Shown here piece by piece: positions 35,739-44,633 of a DNA stretch of 64,000 nt (its first letter is position 1; every line of letters starts with the position of its first letter). A program made the position numbers and the translations under genes. The DNA is from Candidatus Magasanikiibacteriota bacterium (GTDB taxonomy: Bacteria > Patescibacteriota > Patescibacteriia > Magasanikbacterales > GWA2-37-8): NCBI GenBank assembly GCA_041666745.1, contig JBAYGI010000003.1, positions 12,782-76,781 of the forward strand. The letters run 5' to 3'. The notes beneath the pieces are model-generated. The model searched no databases. It was not told where the DNA came from and saw only the letters and a list, made by a program, of their open reading frames with translations.

Positions 35739-36752
35739 TTATTTAATATGATCATTAATAGAATCTTTTTTCGCCCAAATCTTCTCCACCCATTCCAAAT
35801 TCCCCAAATACCAATCCACCGTCTCCTTCAAACCCTGTTCAAACTTCTCGCGTGTATATTCCGGCACCCACCCCAAAGACAAAATTTTCGTAGCATCAAT
35901 CGCATACCGACGATCATGCCCCGGTCGATCCTGAACATGTTCAATAAAACTTTCATCTTTACCCATCATTTTCAAAATCATATGCGTAATTTCCATATTA
36001 CTACGTTCATTATCCACACCAATATTATACACCCCACCCGCCTCACCTTTTTCCAATAACAAATCCAAAGCCGAGGCGTGATCATTTACATGAATCCAAT
36101 CACGCACATACAAACCATCACCATACATTGGCACCTTTTCATTTTTCATTAATTTCATCACAAAAAATGGAATCAATTTTTCCGGATACTGATACGATCC
36201 ATAATTGTTGGAACAATGCGTCACCACCACCGGCACTTTGTGAGTAACGAAATAAGCATGACACATCATATCGCCACCCGCTTTGGCCGCGGCGTATGGC
36301 ATATTGGGATTAATAGGAGTATGTTCGGAAAATTTGTCCGGACTATCCAAACGCAAAGCTCCATATACTTCATCCGTAGAAACATTGACCATTTTTTCCA
36401 AATTGTTTATTCGCACCGCATCGAGCAACATCTGCACGCCCAAAGTATTGGTCAAAACAAAATCTTTACAACCACCGTGGATAGATTTGTCCACATGTGT
36501 TTCCGCGGCAAAATTTATCAGATGGGTGATGTGGTGTTTTTGGATTGTTTCATTTACTTTTTCCAAATCAATAATATCCCCCCGCACAAAACTATAATTT
36601 GGATTATTTTCTAAATCTTTTAAATTATCCAAATTCCCAGCGTAAGTTAATTTATCCAAATTCACTATCTCGCGATCCGGATATTTTGTTAAATAATAAT
36701 GAATAAAATTTGAACCAATAAATCCCGCTCCTCCACAAACAAGTAATTTCAT
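35739..36752 (-). CDS. rfbB: dTDP-glucose 4,6-dehydratase RmlB
   Basis: GGAGFIGSNF, DKLTYAGN, FAAETHVD, STDEVYG, SNNYG.YQ.PEKLIP, DRPGHDRRYA.D. Confidence 0.97.
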   Translation of the reverse strand: MKLLVCGGAGFIGSNFIHYYLTKYPDREIVNLDKLTYAGNLDNLKDLENNPNYSFVRGDIIDLEKVNETIQKHHITHLINFAAETHVDKSIHGGCKDFVLTNTLGVQMLLDAVRINNLEKMVNVSTDEVYGALRLDSPDKFSEHTPINPNMPYAAAKAGGDMMCHAYFVTHKVPVVVTHCSNNYGSYQYPEKLIPFFVMKLMKNEKVPMYGDGLYVRDWIHVNDHASALDLLLEKGEAGGVYNIGVDNERSNMEITHMILKMMGKDESFIEHVQDRPGHDRRYAIDATKILSLGWVPEYTREKFEQGLKETVDWYLGNLEWVEKIWAKKDSINDHIK

Positions 36753-36768
36753 ATTGATACATTATGCA

Positions 36769-36937
36769 ATGAATTATTAACAAAATTTAATCATTGAAAA
36801 TATGAGGAAATAATTTATAGACAAATGAAACGTGGCTGGCTCTGCTGTTTGAGCCCATAGGCGAGTTCAGAGCCAGAGTGAAATGAGTCATAAATTATCC
36901 GAATATTTTCACAGATTAAATTTTATTAATAATTCAT
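36769..36937. repeat. intergenic 169-bp rod-like palindrome C (ftsW-rmlB)
   Basis: 23/24-bp outer inverted repeat, then TGAAAATAT/ATATTTTCA, ATAATTTAT/ATAAATTAT, CTGGCTCTG/CAGAGCCAG, apical TGTTTGAGCC-cata-GGCGAGTT. Confidence 0.82.
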
Positions 36938-38031
36938 ATTTGTTTACTAATATTTAAAACCAAAGCCACTGCCGCCAACTCCGCCATCAAAGCCGAACCA
37001 CCATGCGACACAAACGGCAAAGGCACACCGGTAAGTGGCAACACCCCGACCATCGCCCCAATGTTTAAAAATGATTGCCAAACCAACCAAACCACAATCC
37101 CGACTACAATCAAGCGACCAAATTCGCTATTGGTATTTTTGGCAATTTTCAGGCCACGCAAACCAATCAATAAAATCAAAATCACCACACAAGAAGAAAT
37201 CAGAAAACCGGTTTCTTCGGCAATCACCGCAAAAATCGAATCAGCGTTTACCTCCGGCAAATATTGAAATTTTTGACGCGACTGCCCTATTCCCAAACCC
37301 CAAAAACCACCCGACCCAACCGCCAAAAATGCTTGGTTGATCTGGTAACCAACCCCTTGAGGATCCAATTCCGGATGCATAAAAATAGTAATGCGTTCCA
37401 AACGATATGGTTTTAAAAACACTAAAAATACAAAAGCACCCGCAGCGAACAAACCCAAAACCACCAAATATTTTTTGGGCACATGCGCCTCAAGCAACAT
37501 GGCAAATAAAATCACCAGCAAAATAGACAGCGTGCCGATATCCGGTTGAAATAAAACCAAAAGTATCACCGGCGCCAACAAAGTTAAAATCGGCAATAAA
37601 CCCATTTGCCAATCTTGCAAATTACGTTTACGATCAGACAATAAATAAGCGGCAAAAATGATCATGACCAACTTCGCTACCTCTGATGGTTGAAAACCGA
37701 AACCAAAAATATTTATCCAACTACGCGCTCCGTTGATCGATTGTCCAATACCCGGAATTAAAACTAAAACTAATAAAATTACTGTTAAAAAATACGGCAA
37801 CCAACTTAACTTGCGCCATTTTTCATAATTTAATTTTATTAAAAAACAACCCAGCACTAAGCCCGGTAATAATCCAAAAATAATTTGGCGTTTTATATAA
37901 AAAAAAGAATCATGAAATTTGCCATAAGCCAACGGACCACTGGCGGACATGAGAGCGGCTAGACCAAAAACTAGGAGTATACCAACATAAAGCAAAAATA
38001 CTTTGTCAATTGTACTTTCGGTACGTGCCAT
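36934..38031 (-). CDS. ftsW: SEDS peptidoglycan polymerase FtsW
   Basis: NGARSWI, FQPSE.AK, QPD.GT, GYQ..Q, G.SRQKFQYLPE...D.IFAVIAEE.G, PLTGVPLPFVS.GGS. Confidence 0.92.
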   Translation of the reverse strand: MARTESTIDKVFLLYVGILLVFGLAALMSASGPLAYGKFHDSFFYIKRQIIFGLLPGLVLGCFLIKLNYEKWRKLSWLPYFLTVILLVLVLIPGIGQSINGARSWINIFGFGFQPSEVAKLVMIIFAAYLLSDRKRNLQDWQMGLLPILTLLAPVILLVLFQPDIGTLSILLVILFAMLLEAHVPKKYLVVLGLFAAGAFVFLVFLKPYRLERITIFMHPELDPQGVGYQINQAFLAVGSGGFWGLGIGQSRQKFQYLPEVNADSIFAVIAEETGFLISSCVVILILLIGLRGLKIAKNTNSEFGRLIVVGIVVWLVWQSFLNIGAMVGVLPLTGVPLPFVSHGGSALMAELAAVALVLNISKQI

Positions 38032-38033
38032 AA

Positions 38034-38387
38034 TTAAATATTTAATCCAACTACCAAATAAAAAGCTATCGCCAAAAACAAATTAAAAAGAGCGGATACA
38101 AAAGTAAGAAAACGCGCCAAGATTTTGTCCTCGCTATAACGATACCAAGACAAAGAAAAATTTATCAAAAATATCAGAAAGCCACCAAATGGAACCGCGA
38201 GTATCTTCCACCACTCCCCGATTAGGTCCACTCCAAAAACTACATTGTAATGCAAGAAAACTTGGTCGGCGGTGGGACGGACATAAACAGCCGCATAAAC
38301 CCACATAAACAGCTGAAATAACAGCAAAAAAACTGCCGGTATCCACACCCAGCGATCCTTCCAATAAACTTTGGGAAAGTTAAACAT
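38034..38387 (-). CDS. hypothetical membrane protein
   Basis: 3 TMs with [12 protein letters not shown] motif; start moved to 38387. Confidence 0.75.
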   Translation of the reverse strand: MFNFPKVYWKDRWVWIPAVFLLLFQLFMWVYAAVYVRPTADQVFLHYNVVFGVDLIGEWWKILAVPFGGFLIFLINFSLSWYRYSEDKILARFLTFVSALFNLFLAIAFYLVVGLNI

Positions 38388-38419
38388 AAACACAGTTATT
38401 TTAGCATGTCTGGGCGCCC

Positions 38420-38448
38420 TTGACAAGTTAGCCAAATTGGAATATAAT
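38420..38448 (+). promoter_or_regulatory. consensus sigma70 promoter of rpmA
   Basis: TTGACA-N17-TATAAT, perfect consensus. Confidence 0.9.
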
Positions 38449-38481
38449 AAAGCCACTTTTTACCATTTAAATACTCAAAAT

Positions 38482-38757
38482 ATGTCACATAAAAAAGCAG
38501 GTGGTTCTACCCACCTAGGCCGAGATTCCGTCGCAAAACGCCTAGGAGTAAAAAAACATGACGGAGAGGTTATCAAAGCTGGCATGATCATTGTCAAGCA
38601 ACGTGGTACCAAAATCAACGCTGGCAAAAATGTTTTGCGCGGTGGTGACGATACTTTGTTTGCACATGTTGCCGGTAAAGTAAAATTTTCTAGCCACAAA
38701 CGCCGTCGTTTTGATGGAGCTTTGAAGAGCGCACAGTTTGTAAGTGTGGTAGAATAA
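38482..38757 (+). CDS. rpmA: 50S ribosomal protein L27
   Basis: [36 protein letters not shown]; true start ATG 38482. Confidence 0.97.
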   Translation: MSHKKAGGSTHLGRDSVAKRLGVKKHDGEVIKAGMIIVKQRGTKINAGKNVLRGGDDTLFAHVAGKVKFSSHKRRRFDGALKSAQFVSVVE

Positions 38758-38771
38758 AAAATAGCAACTAA

Positions 38772-38803
38772 AAAAACAATCACCAAATTTGGTGATTGTT
38801 TTT
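38772..38803. terminator. bidirectional terminator after rpmA
   Basis: AAAAACAATCACCA-aatt-TGGTGATTGTTTTT. Confidence 0.88.
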
Positions 38804-38811
38804 ATTTTTAA

Positions 38812-38867
38812 ATCTGACTACTCGTTAGTCCTCAATGGTTTGAGAATTAACGAGTAGGTAGTCAGAT
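38812..38867. repeat. long hairpin downstream of the NUDIX islet
   Basis: ATCTGACTA/TAGTCAGAT, CTCGTTA/TAACGAG and CTCAA/TTGAG nested stems. Confidence 0.65.
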
Positions 38868-38927
38868 GGTAAGTCCAACCCCTTGCTCGCCTCTTGGGAG
38901 AGGGGTTAGTGTGGGCCGTTGAGCGAC

Positions 38928-39506
38928 CTACAGATTGTGGCGAGCGCGGAACTTCGTGACGGCCAGAGGGATGATCCGTTCGACGTGCGCCGGAACCGTG
39001 GGATCTGGCAGGTCATCGACTGGGAACCACCCGCGCGTGTCGCTGACTTCTGGAGCGCGTTCCAAGTCGGTGAGAAACACGAAGGAGATCCCCGCGCCTC
39101 TGCCTTCGTCGCCGATCTTGTACCAGCCGAAGCCGGCGTCGCCGACGCGAACGATACTGACAGGCACCCCATATTCCCTGGAGAGTCGGAATTTTGGAGT
39201 GTTCTCATCGTCGCTTGGACGAAGAGCGGTGCCTGGCACATGCCAGTAACCGGACCAGTCGGGATCGCTATCGTCCCGCTTGATCATGAAGACCTCGACC
39301 TTCCCCGAGTCATCATTGAATCGTAGCGACACGCTTTCCCAGTACACGTTCCACGAGGACCGTGCTACCGCCTTGTACAGTTCTGTCCCCAGTGGCCTTG
39401 TCGGATCAACGCGTCGGAGCACTTCTGCCACGAACTCCCTATATTCTGCGCTTTCTGGATCGAAGTCCTTGAGCACTTCAAGGACATCGTTCAAAATTTC
39501 AGTCAT
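38928..39506 (-). CDS. GC-rich NUDIX-fold protein with degenerate Nudix box
   Basis: VEVFMIKR...D..W.GYWHVPGT.LRP.D........LSREYG, GWFPVDDLP; AGGAG 8 nt before ATG 39506. Confidence 0.8.
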   Translation of the reverse strand: MTEILNDVLEVLKDFDPESAEYREFVAEVLRRVDPTRPLGTELYKAVARSSWNVYWESVSLRFNDDSGKVEVFMIKRDDSDPDWSGYWHVPGTALRPSDDENTPKFRLSREYGVPVSIVRVGDAGFGWYKIGDEGRGAGISFVFLTDLERAPEVSDTRGWFPVDDLPDPTVPAHVERIIPLAVTKFRARHNL

Positions 39507-39572
39507 CACTCCACTCCTGACGGGATTTAACCCGAGTAGTTGCCGAACCTCTGTTGATCAAAAAAGCTTATA

Positions 39573-39601
39573 ACTATAACACAAAACAGACATTCTGTCA
39601 A
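39573..39601 (-). promoter_or_regulatory. sigma70 promoter of the NUDIX islet
   Basis: TTGACA-N17-TATAGT with TGn extension; the -35 overlaps the upstream gene's TGA stop. Confidence 0.75.
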
Positions 39602-42600
39602 ATTGGCCATTGAAACCAAAGTGTCGGATCCCAAAATGTTTTAACATTCATAAAATTTCTTGAGTCCATATTATTGAGATGTAGGATTGGTAACGGATCC
39701 ACACTACCCGACAAAATACCGGTATCCAAATTCATCAAATTGGTATTATCCAGTGTCAGCTCCCCACTAAATATTTTTATTCCATTGGTGTTGGCCACAT
39801 TTGGTTTTGATCCGATATAACCAATCGAACTATTGTTTATTACTACAGTTGAATTATTTATTTCCAAAGTATTTCCAGACGGTTTACTATCCAACAACTG
39901 ACAATTTTGCATATCCAGTTTGCCGTTTTTTACTGTCACCATCCCCTGATAGGTATCGTTCCAAATCGTACCACGCCCGCCGGAGATGTTGGCGTTTTTA
40001 AAACCACCTTTACCACCATCAAAAATAATTCTACCCCAATAATTAATTATTAATGGTTGAATCGCCGAGATATTTATTGGATCATTTTCTGTTCCATTTA
40101 AATTTAAAATACCTTTTACCAAAATATTTGAATACTCCGGCATTTTAATATTGGTTCCGGCGGAGACATTTAGAGTTATGTTTGGTTCAACGGTGATATT
40201 TTGCCAAGTCATCGGAATATCTTTTTCAACAGTGAGATCAGTAGAAATCACCGCTTGGTCTATAGCGACATTATTTGCAATATTATTACTAAAATTTATT
40301 TGTGACATTTTTGGCCAAATATTTTTTACATAAACCGGACCATTGATATTTGTAAAATTATTTAAGCCAATATTTTCCAATTCCAAACTGCCGTCATAAT
40401 TTTCTATTGCCAACACACCATTTTTAAAATCCGTATTTTTAACAGTCGAAGTTGTTTTGGATAAATAAATATTTGTGTCCCCGCTATCACTGAAAATAGA
40501 ATTATTAATATTTAATCCCGCACTGACAGCCCGCACTGCTTGAGAAACAAATGGGTCATAAGTATTGGCACCCGGAGCTTTGAAAGCCTTACCGGCATAG
40601 CGCATATCCAAACCGGACAAATTGGCGGTTGAACTGGCATACAACAATAGCCCCTGCCAATCTTTGGCCAAAGCACTTCCCGATCGAGTACCGATAATAG
40701 TTTTGTACCCTTCCGATTCAAAATTTACATCTCTGCCGGATGTCATAATCACTCGACTGTCGCTGGTGCCATTTATATTCAAATTCCCTTTGATATCAAT
40801 TTTGGAATCCGCATAATAAGTTTTTATTACCACTCCCGAATCAATGTTGAAAGTTTTACCAACCGGAATTTCATAATAAGTTAAAATATACGGATAAATA
40901 CTTTTTTTCAAAGTGCGATCGGTTTCAACCTGACGACTCTTGAGAACTATCGATCCAAAATTTGATTGCTTTGGTGAACCGTTGAGTGGAAGATCATCAC
41001 CACCGCCATCTACTTTGCCTGTGAATCTCGGACCTTGGTTTGTTTGCCAATTGGTTGAATTATTTCCGGGTAAACGTGAATTTATTTTTTCCATCGAAGA
41101 ATAAGTAACGTCGGAACCGGCAAACCAAGTACTACTACAATCCACTTCATCCACGAGCTGATTGTTTCCGTCCAACAAACGCAGGCGCTCACCACTATTT
41201 TTTAATGCACCGGAATAAATAATGTCTGCCGGAATTTCATTGACTGTGCGATCGTCGGTGCGTTCAAATAAATAATAACCATTTTTGGGAATGATACGAT
41301 TGACGATTTTTCCAATACTAATTTCTTTATCTCCGATCATAAGTTTCCACCACTTGGAGGTGTTGGTGGCGGAAAATAAATTTATATCTTGATCGGTGTT
41401 GTTGTATAACTCGATAAACTCATCTTGGTCGGTGACCGAGGACGTGCCTGCCCAGGCGATTTCGTTTATTACTACGTCGGGGGCGGGTGGAACTGGATCT
41501 GGGATTTCGGGAGTGGATGTGGGGGTGGTGGAGGTTGGGGTGGTGGAGGTTGGGATTGTGGAAGTTGGGGTTGTATCTGGGATGGTTGAGGTGGGAATTT
41601 CGATAGGTGTGGTTGTGGGGGTGATTGGGGTGGTGGTGGGTATTTCTATGGTGGTAGTTGGAATGTCGATTGTGGAGGTGGGAGTTTCGATTGTGGAAGT
41701 AGCAACAGGTACGGTTGTTGTAGGAACAGGTGTTTGAATAACTACGACTGGATCAGCAACTGGGATTATGGTCGGATTGGATCCGCCACCGCCTCCACCT
41801 CCACCGGTGGAATGTTCTGGTGGTTGAATTGGAGTTGGATTATTTATTGGTGGGTTTGGTGTTGGTTGGGGTGGTGATATGACTGGTTGTGTAGTTGGAG
41901 GTGTGTTTGGTGCTGGATTTTGGTTTACTGGAGGTGTATTGTTTGGGGTATTGTCGGACACGGGATTGTTGGTATTTTCTCCGGATGTAATTTGATCATT
42001 TGGTGTTTGAGAATTGGCAGAATCATAAATATTTTCCGCTACTGAAATTATGTCTCCAACTCCAGTGTCTATCAAGCCACCTAAGCCAATTCTAAAAAAT
42101 GGCAGTTTTTCGGTTTCATTTTTTTGTACATCGGAGAGGAATAATTTTATGGTGTTGGCGCTGTAACTGACGGCTTTGGGGAGGAGGTGGGAGGCGTAGT
42201 CTTGGAGGATCACACTGTTGTTTACCATGTTTTTATCTTCTTTCCAATCAGTACCACCTATCAAATGACTTTTTATTAAATTACTATCACTATCTTTAGT
42301 CGAAGCAACATATAGATCAACTGCATTATTAAAATTATACGGATCCAATTTAGAAATTTTATGTACACTATACTTACTATTTTCAATCGTCTTGTCACTA
42401 TAAAAATTACTATTTGAATATTTAGCCGCATCATTAAAAATATCTTCTAGACTATTTTTATCAGCTACCTCACTTTTAATATTTTTACTTATTGTACTCC
42501 AATTATTTTTTACATAACTTTCATACGAGTCCGGTGGAATAGCATGAATACTGTCACGTGTATGAGCTGGCACCAACATATCAGATACCAGGTGAATATT

Positions 42601-43023
42601 GTGACCTAATTCTTTAAAAGCCAACTCTTTGTTGCCTTTACGAAAATCATTTATTGCTCTTTGCCAACTATTATCACCCAACGAAAAAGCGGTTTGTTTG
42701 TCATAATCTTTTGCCCAAACTTTGGCGGAATCATTTTGTTTTCCAAAAAATAATCCGCGATTGTATATCGGATCATAAAAATGATTTAACCATCTGGTCG
42801 GTTGATCCTCCTCTACTGTGCCGGTTTTGATCCAACCAAGTTGTTCAACTGAAATTTTTTGACTGTTGTTTTGATTGTATTGTTTCACGGCCAAATCGGC
42901 AATTCCGGGATGGGCAACGTTGGAATCATAACAAAAAACTTGGCGCACGAACGCCAAGTTTAAAAAAATAACAAAAATAATAAAAACAAATAATTGAAAA
43001 CACTTATCCCCTCCCTTTTTCAT
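39598..43023 (-). CDS. large exported protein: Zn-dependent phospholipase C/P1-nuclease-like domain, Pro/Thr linker, lamin-tail domain, beta-helix
   Basis: Signal peptide; H, EED...R..NHFYDP, LGH..HL..DM.VPAHTR...H, YE Zn-ligand pattern; PT-rich linker; VVINEIAWAG....DEFIELYN; C-terminal beta-helix repeats. Confidence 0.8.
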   Translation of the reverse strand: MKKGGDKCFQLFVFIIFVIFLNLAFVRQVFCYDSNVAHPGIADLAVKQYNQNNSQKISVEQLGWIKTGTVEEDQPTRWLNHFYDPIYNRGLFFGKQNDSAKVWAKDYDKQTAFSLGDNSWQRAINDFRKGNKELAFKELGHNIHLVSDMLVPAHTRDSIHAIPPDSYESYVKNNWSTISKNIKSEVADKNSLEDIFNDAAKYSNSNFYSDKTIENSKYSVHKISKLDPYNFNNAVDLYVASTKDSDSNLIKSHLIGGTDWKEDKNMVNNSVILQDYASHLLPKAVSYSANTIKLFLSDVQKNETEKLPFFRIGLGGLIDTGVGDIISVAENIYDSANSQTPNDQITSGENTNNPVSDNTPNNTPPVNQNPAPNTPPTTQPVISPPQPTPNPPINNPTPIQPPEHSTGGGGGGGGSNPTIIPVADPVVVIQTPVPTTTVPVATSTIETPTSTIDIPTTTIEIPTTTPITPTTTPIEIPTSTIPDTTPTSTIPTSTTPTSTTPTSTPEIPDPVPPAPDVVINEIAWAGTSSVTDQDEFIELYNNTDQDINLFSATNTSKWWKLMIGDKEISIGKIVNRIIPKNGYYLFERTDDRTVNEIPADIIYSGALKNSGERLRLLDGNNQLVDEVDCSSTWFAGSDVTYSSMEKINSRLPGNNSTNWQTNQGPRFTGKVDGGGDDLPLNGSPKQSNFGSIVLKSRQVETDRTLKKSIYPYILTYYEIPVGKTFNIDSGVVIKTYYADSKIDIKGNLNINGTSDSRVIMTSGRDVNFESEGYKTIIGTRSGSALAKDWQGLLLYASSTANLSGLDMRYAGKAFKAPGANTYDPFVSQAVRAVSAGLNINNSIFSDSGDTNIYLSKTTSTVKNTDFKNGVLAIENYDGSLELENIGLNNFTNINGPVYVKNIWPKMSQINFSNNIANNVAIDQAVISTDLTVEKDIPMTWQNITVEPNITLNVSAGTNIKMPEYSNILVKGILNLNGTENDPINISAIQPLIINYWGRIIFDGGKGGFKNANISGGRGTIWNDTYQGMVTVKNGKLDMQNCQLLDSKPSGNTLEINNSTVVINNSSIGYIGSKPNVANTNGIKIFSGELTLDNTNLMNLDTGILSGSVDPLPILHLNNMDSRNFMNVKTFWDPTLWFQWPI
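41470..41990 (-). repeat. low-complexity Pro/Thr (PTST/PTTT) and Pro/Asn coding repeats
   Basis: IPTTTIEIPTTTPITPTTTPIEIPTSTIPDTTPTSTIPTSTTPTSTTPTSTP and a poly-Gly run. Confidence 0.8.
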
Positions 43024-43066
43024 ATATTATATTGTTTATCGTAAAAATTAAGTTATAAAAAAATAA

Positions 43067-43570
43067 TTATAAAGATTTAATATACCAAATACCAGACGTG
43101 GTTTTTATAAATTCCATTATGTTTCCAACTTTTTTACCTTTAGAAGTACCCGCATAAACATATGTCGCCTCCCAACTATTTTCAGTATCCTTGTGAATTT
43201 CTTTTATATCATTCATCATCACCGGTAATAATCCCTTGTTTTTAACTCCAATTAAAAATTCTTTCATCCCCACCTTATCCCCCTCCCGAAAACAACAATC
43301 CACCGCCTCATCAAAATCCTCTTTTTTCAATGCCGCCAAAAATTTCTGATGAGTTTCTTCCGGTGTCTGGATGGTAGGCGCTAAATTTTCCGGATTTTGG
43401 GAATACAACGCCTCCAACTGCGCCGGACTATAATCTGAAAACGGAAAATCCGGCCTTGCGGTACCGGATAAAACTCTGGCTTGTTTTTTTAAAAACCAAC
43501 CATAGGCGCTAAAAATGGCCATTAAAACTAAAATTACAACCACCAAACACACTACAATTTTCTTGCGCAT
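43067..43570 (-). CDS. membrane-anchored NTF2-like hypothetical protein
   Basis: N-terminal TM helix, TPEET...FL.ALK..D...A, C-terminal F.K...G.W.I.SL. Confidence 0.7.
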   Translation of the reverse strand: MRKKIVVCLVVVILVLMAIFSAYGWFLKKQARVLSGTARPDFPFSDYSPAQLEALYSQNPENLAPTIQTPEETHQKFLAALKKEDFDEAVDCCFREGDKVGMKEFLIGVKNKGLLPVMMNDIKEIHKDTENSWEATYVYAGTSKGKKVGNIMEFIKTTSGIWYIKSL

Positions 43571-43709
43571 AGTTTTTGTGAGTTAAAAAATAAAAAATTT
43601 TTAAAAAAAATCTCGGTGGTAAATTTTCCAATCCGAGATTTCATTCCCCCTCTTTTACTCATTACTGAAACTATTATAACACAGTTTTATTTTACACTCG
43701 AATATGTTC

Positions 43710-43718
43710 TGTGGATAA
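43710..43718 (-). promoter_or_regulatory. perfect DnaA box
   Basis: TGTGGATAA in intergenic DNA, in the same context (AATATGT..TGTGGATAACT) as the box at 9727. Confidence 0.5.
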
Positions 43719-43726
43719 CTTTTTAT

Positions 43727-44632
43727 TTACTCTACATTCCACACTTTTTTCAATTCTTTTATTCCATTTTCCAAATCAATTGTCGGTTCCCATTTCAATA
43801 ATTCTTTGGCACGCGAGATGTCGGCCTGAATATTTTTCATTTCTCCTTTGCGTTCCGGAATTTGTTTTCTGTCACCATCGATGAGGCTGGCTATTTCATT
43901 TACACTGCTTTGTTTGCCGGAACCGACATTAATACTCAACCCACCACCAACAGACGACTCCCACGCCAAAATATTGGCTTGTACCACATCCTGAACGTGC
44001 ACGTAATCGCGCGTAGCCGTACCATCACCGACAATCGTGAGAGGCAGGTTATTTTTCTTCTGATCCAAAAATACTGGGATAACCATCGGGTATGAGCCAT
44101 TTGCCAATTTACGCGGACCAAACACATTGAAATAACGCAGACAAACTGTTGGTAAATCAAACAAACTGGAATACAAACGACAATATTGTTCCCCCATCAA
44201 TTTATGCAAACCATACGGACTCAGCGGATTTGTGCCCTCACTCTCATTTATTGGTAAAGTTTTTACATCACCATACACCGCGCAAGAGGAAGAAAAAATT
44301 ACTTTTTTGACACCATTTTGTCGCGCCGCTTCCAACACATTTATCGTGCCGGTAACATTTATTTCATGAGTAGTGATCGGATCCTCTATGGAAACCGGCA
44401 ATCTAGGATCAGCTGCCAGATGAAACACGGCGTCTGCTCCTTTAAAATATTTAACTATTTTTTTATAATCGCGAATATCTTCTTTGACAAAATCGGCCTT
44501 TTTGTTAACAAATTCTTTTTTGCCCAGCATTAAATTGTCTATCACTATTACTTCATGACCTAGCTCGATCAATTTGTCCGCCAGATGTGAACCGATAAAC
44601 CCCGCTCCGCCTGTGACTATTAATTTTGACAT
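43727..44632 (-). CDS. NAD-dependent sugar epimerase (UDP-glucose/GlcNAc 4-epimerase-like)
   Basis: TGGAGFIGSHL, HLAA, SSSCAVYG, SPYGLHK, LRYFNVFGP, GDG..TRDYVHV.D. Confidence 0.9.
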   Translation of the reverse strand: MSKLIVTGGAGFIGSHLADKLIELGHEVIVIDNLMLGKKEFVNKKADFVKEDIRDYKKIVKYFKGADAVFHLAADPRLPVSIEDPITTHEINVTGTINVLEAARQNGVKKVIFSSSCAVYGDVKTLPINESEGTNPLSPYGLHKLMGEQYCRLYSSLFDLPTVCLRYFNVFGPRKLANGSYPMVIPVFLDQKKNNLPLTIVGDGTATRDYVHVQDVVQANILAWESSVGGGLSINVGSGKQSSVNEIASLIDGDRKQIPERKGEMKNIQADISRAKELLKWEPTIDLENGIKELKKVWNVE

Positions 44633-44633
44633 A

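Noticed and set aside
38906-39573. Several overlapping ORFs on both strands of the NUDIX islet
   Set aside because: Expected in GC-rich DNA with few stop codons; only the minus-strand NUDIX frame has a promoter, SD and family motifs.
43608-43641. Hairpin with T-run in the leader of the 43570 gene as an attenuator
   Set aside because: Equally explained as the terminator of the upstream epimerase operon; no convincing antiterminator or leader peptide.
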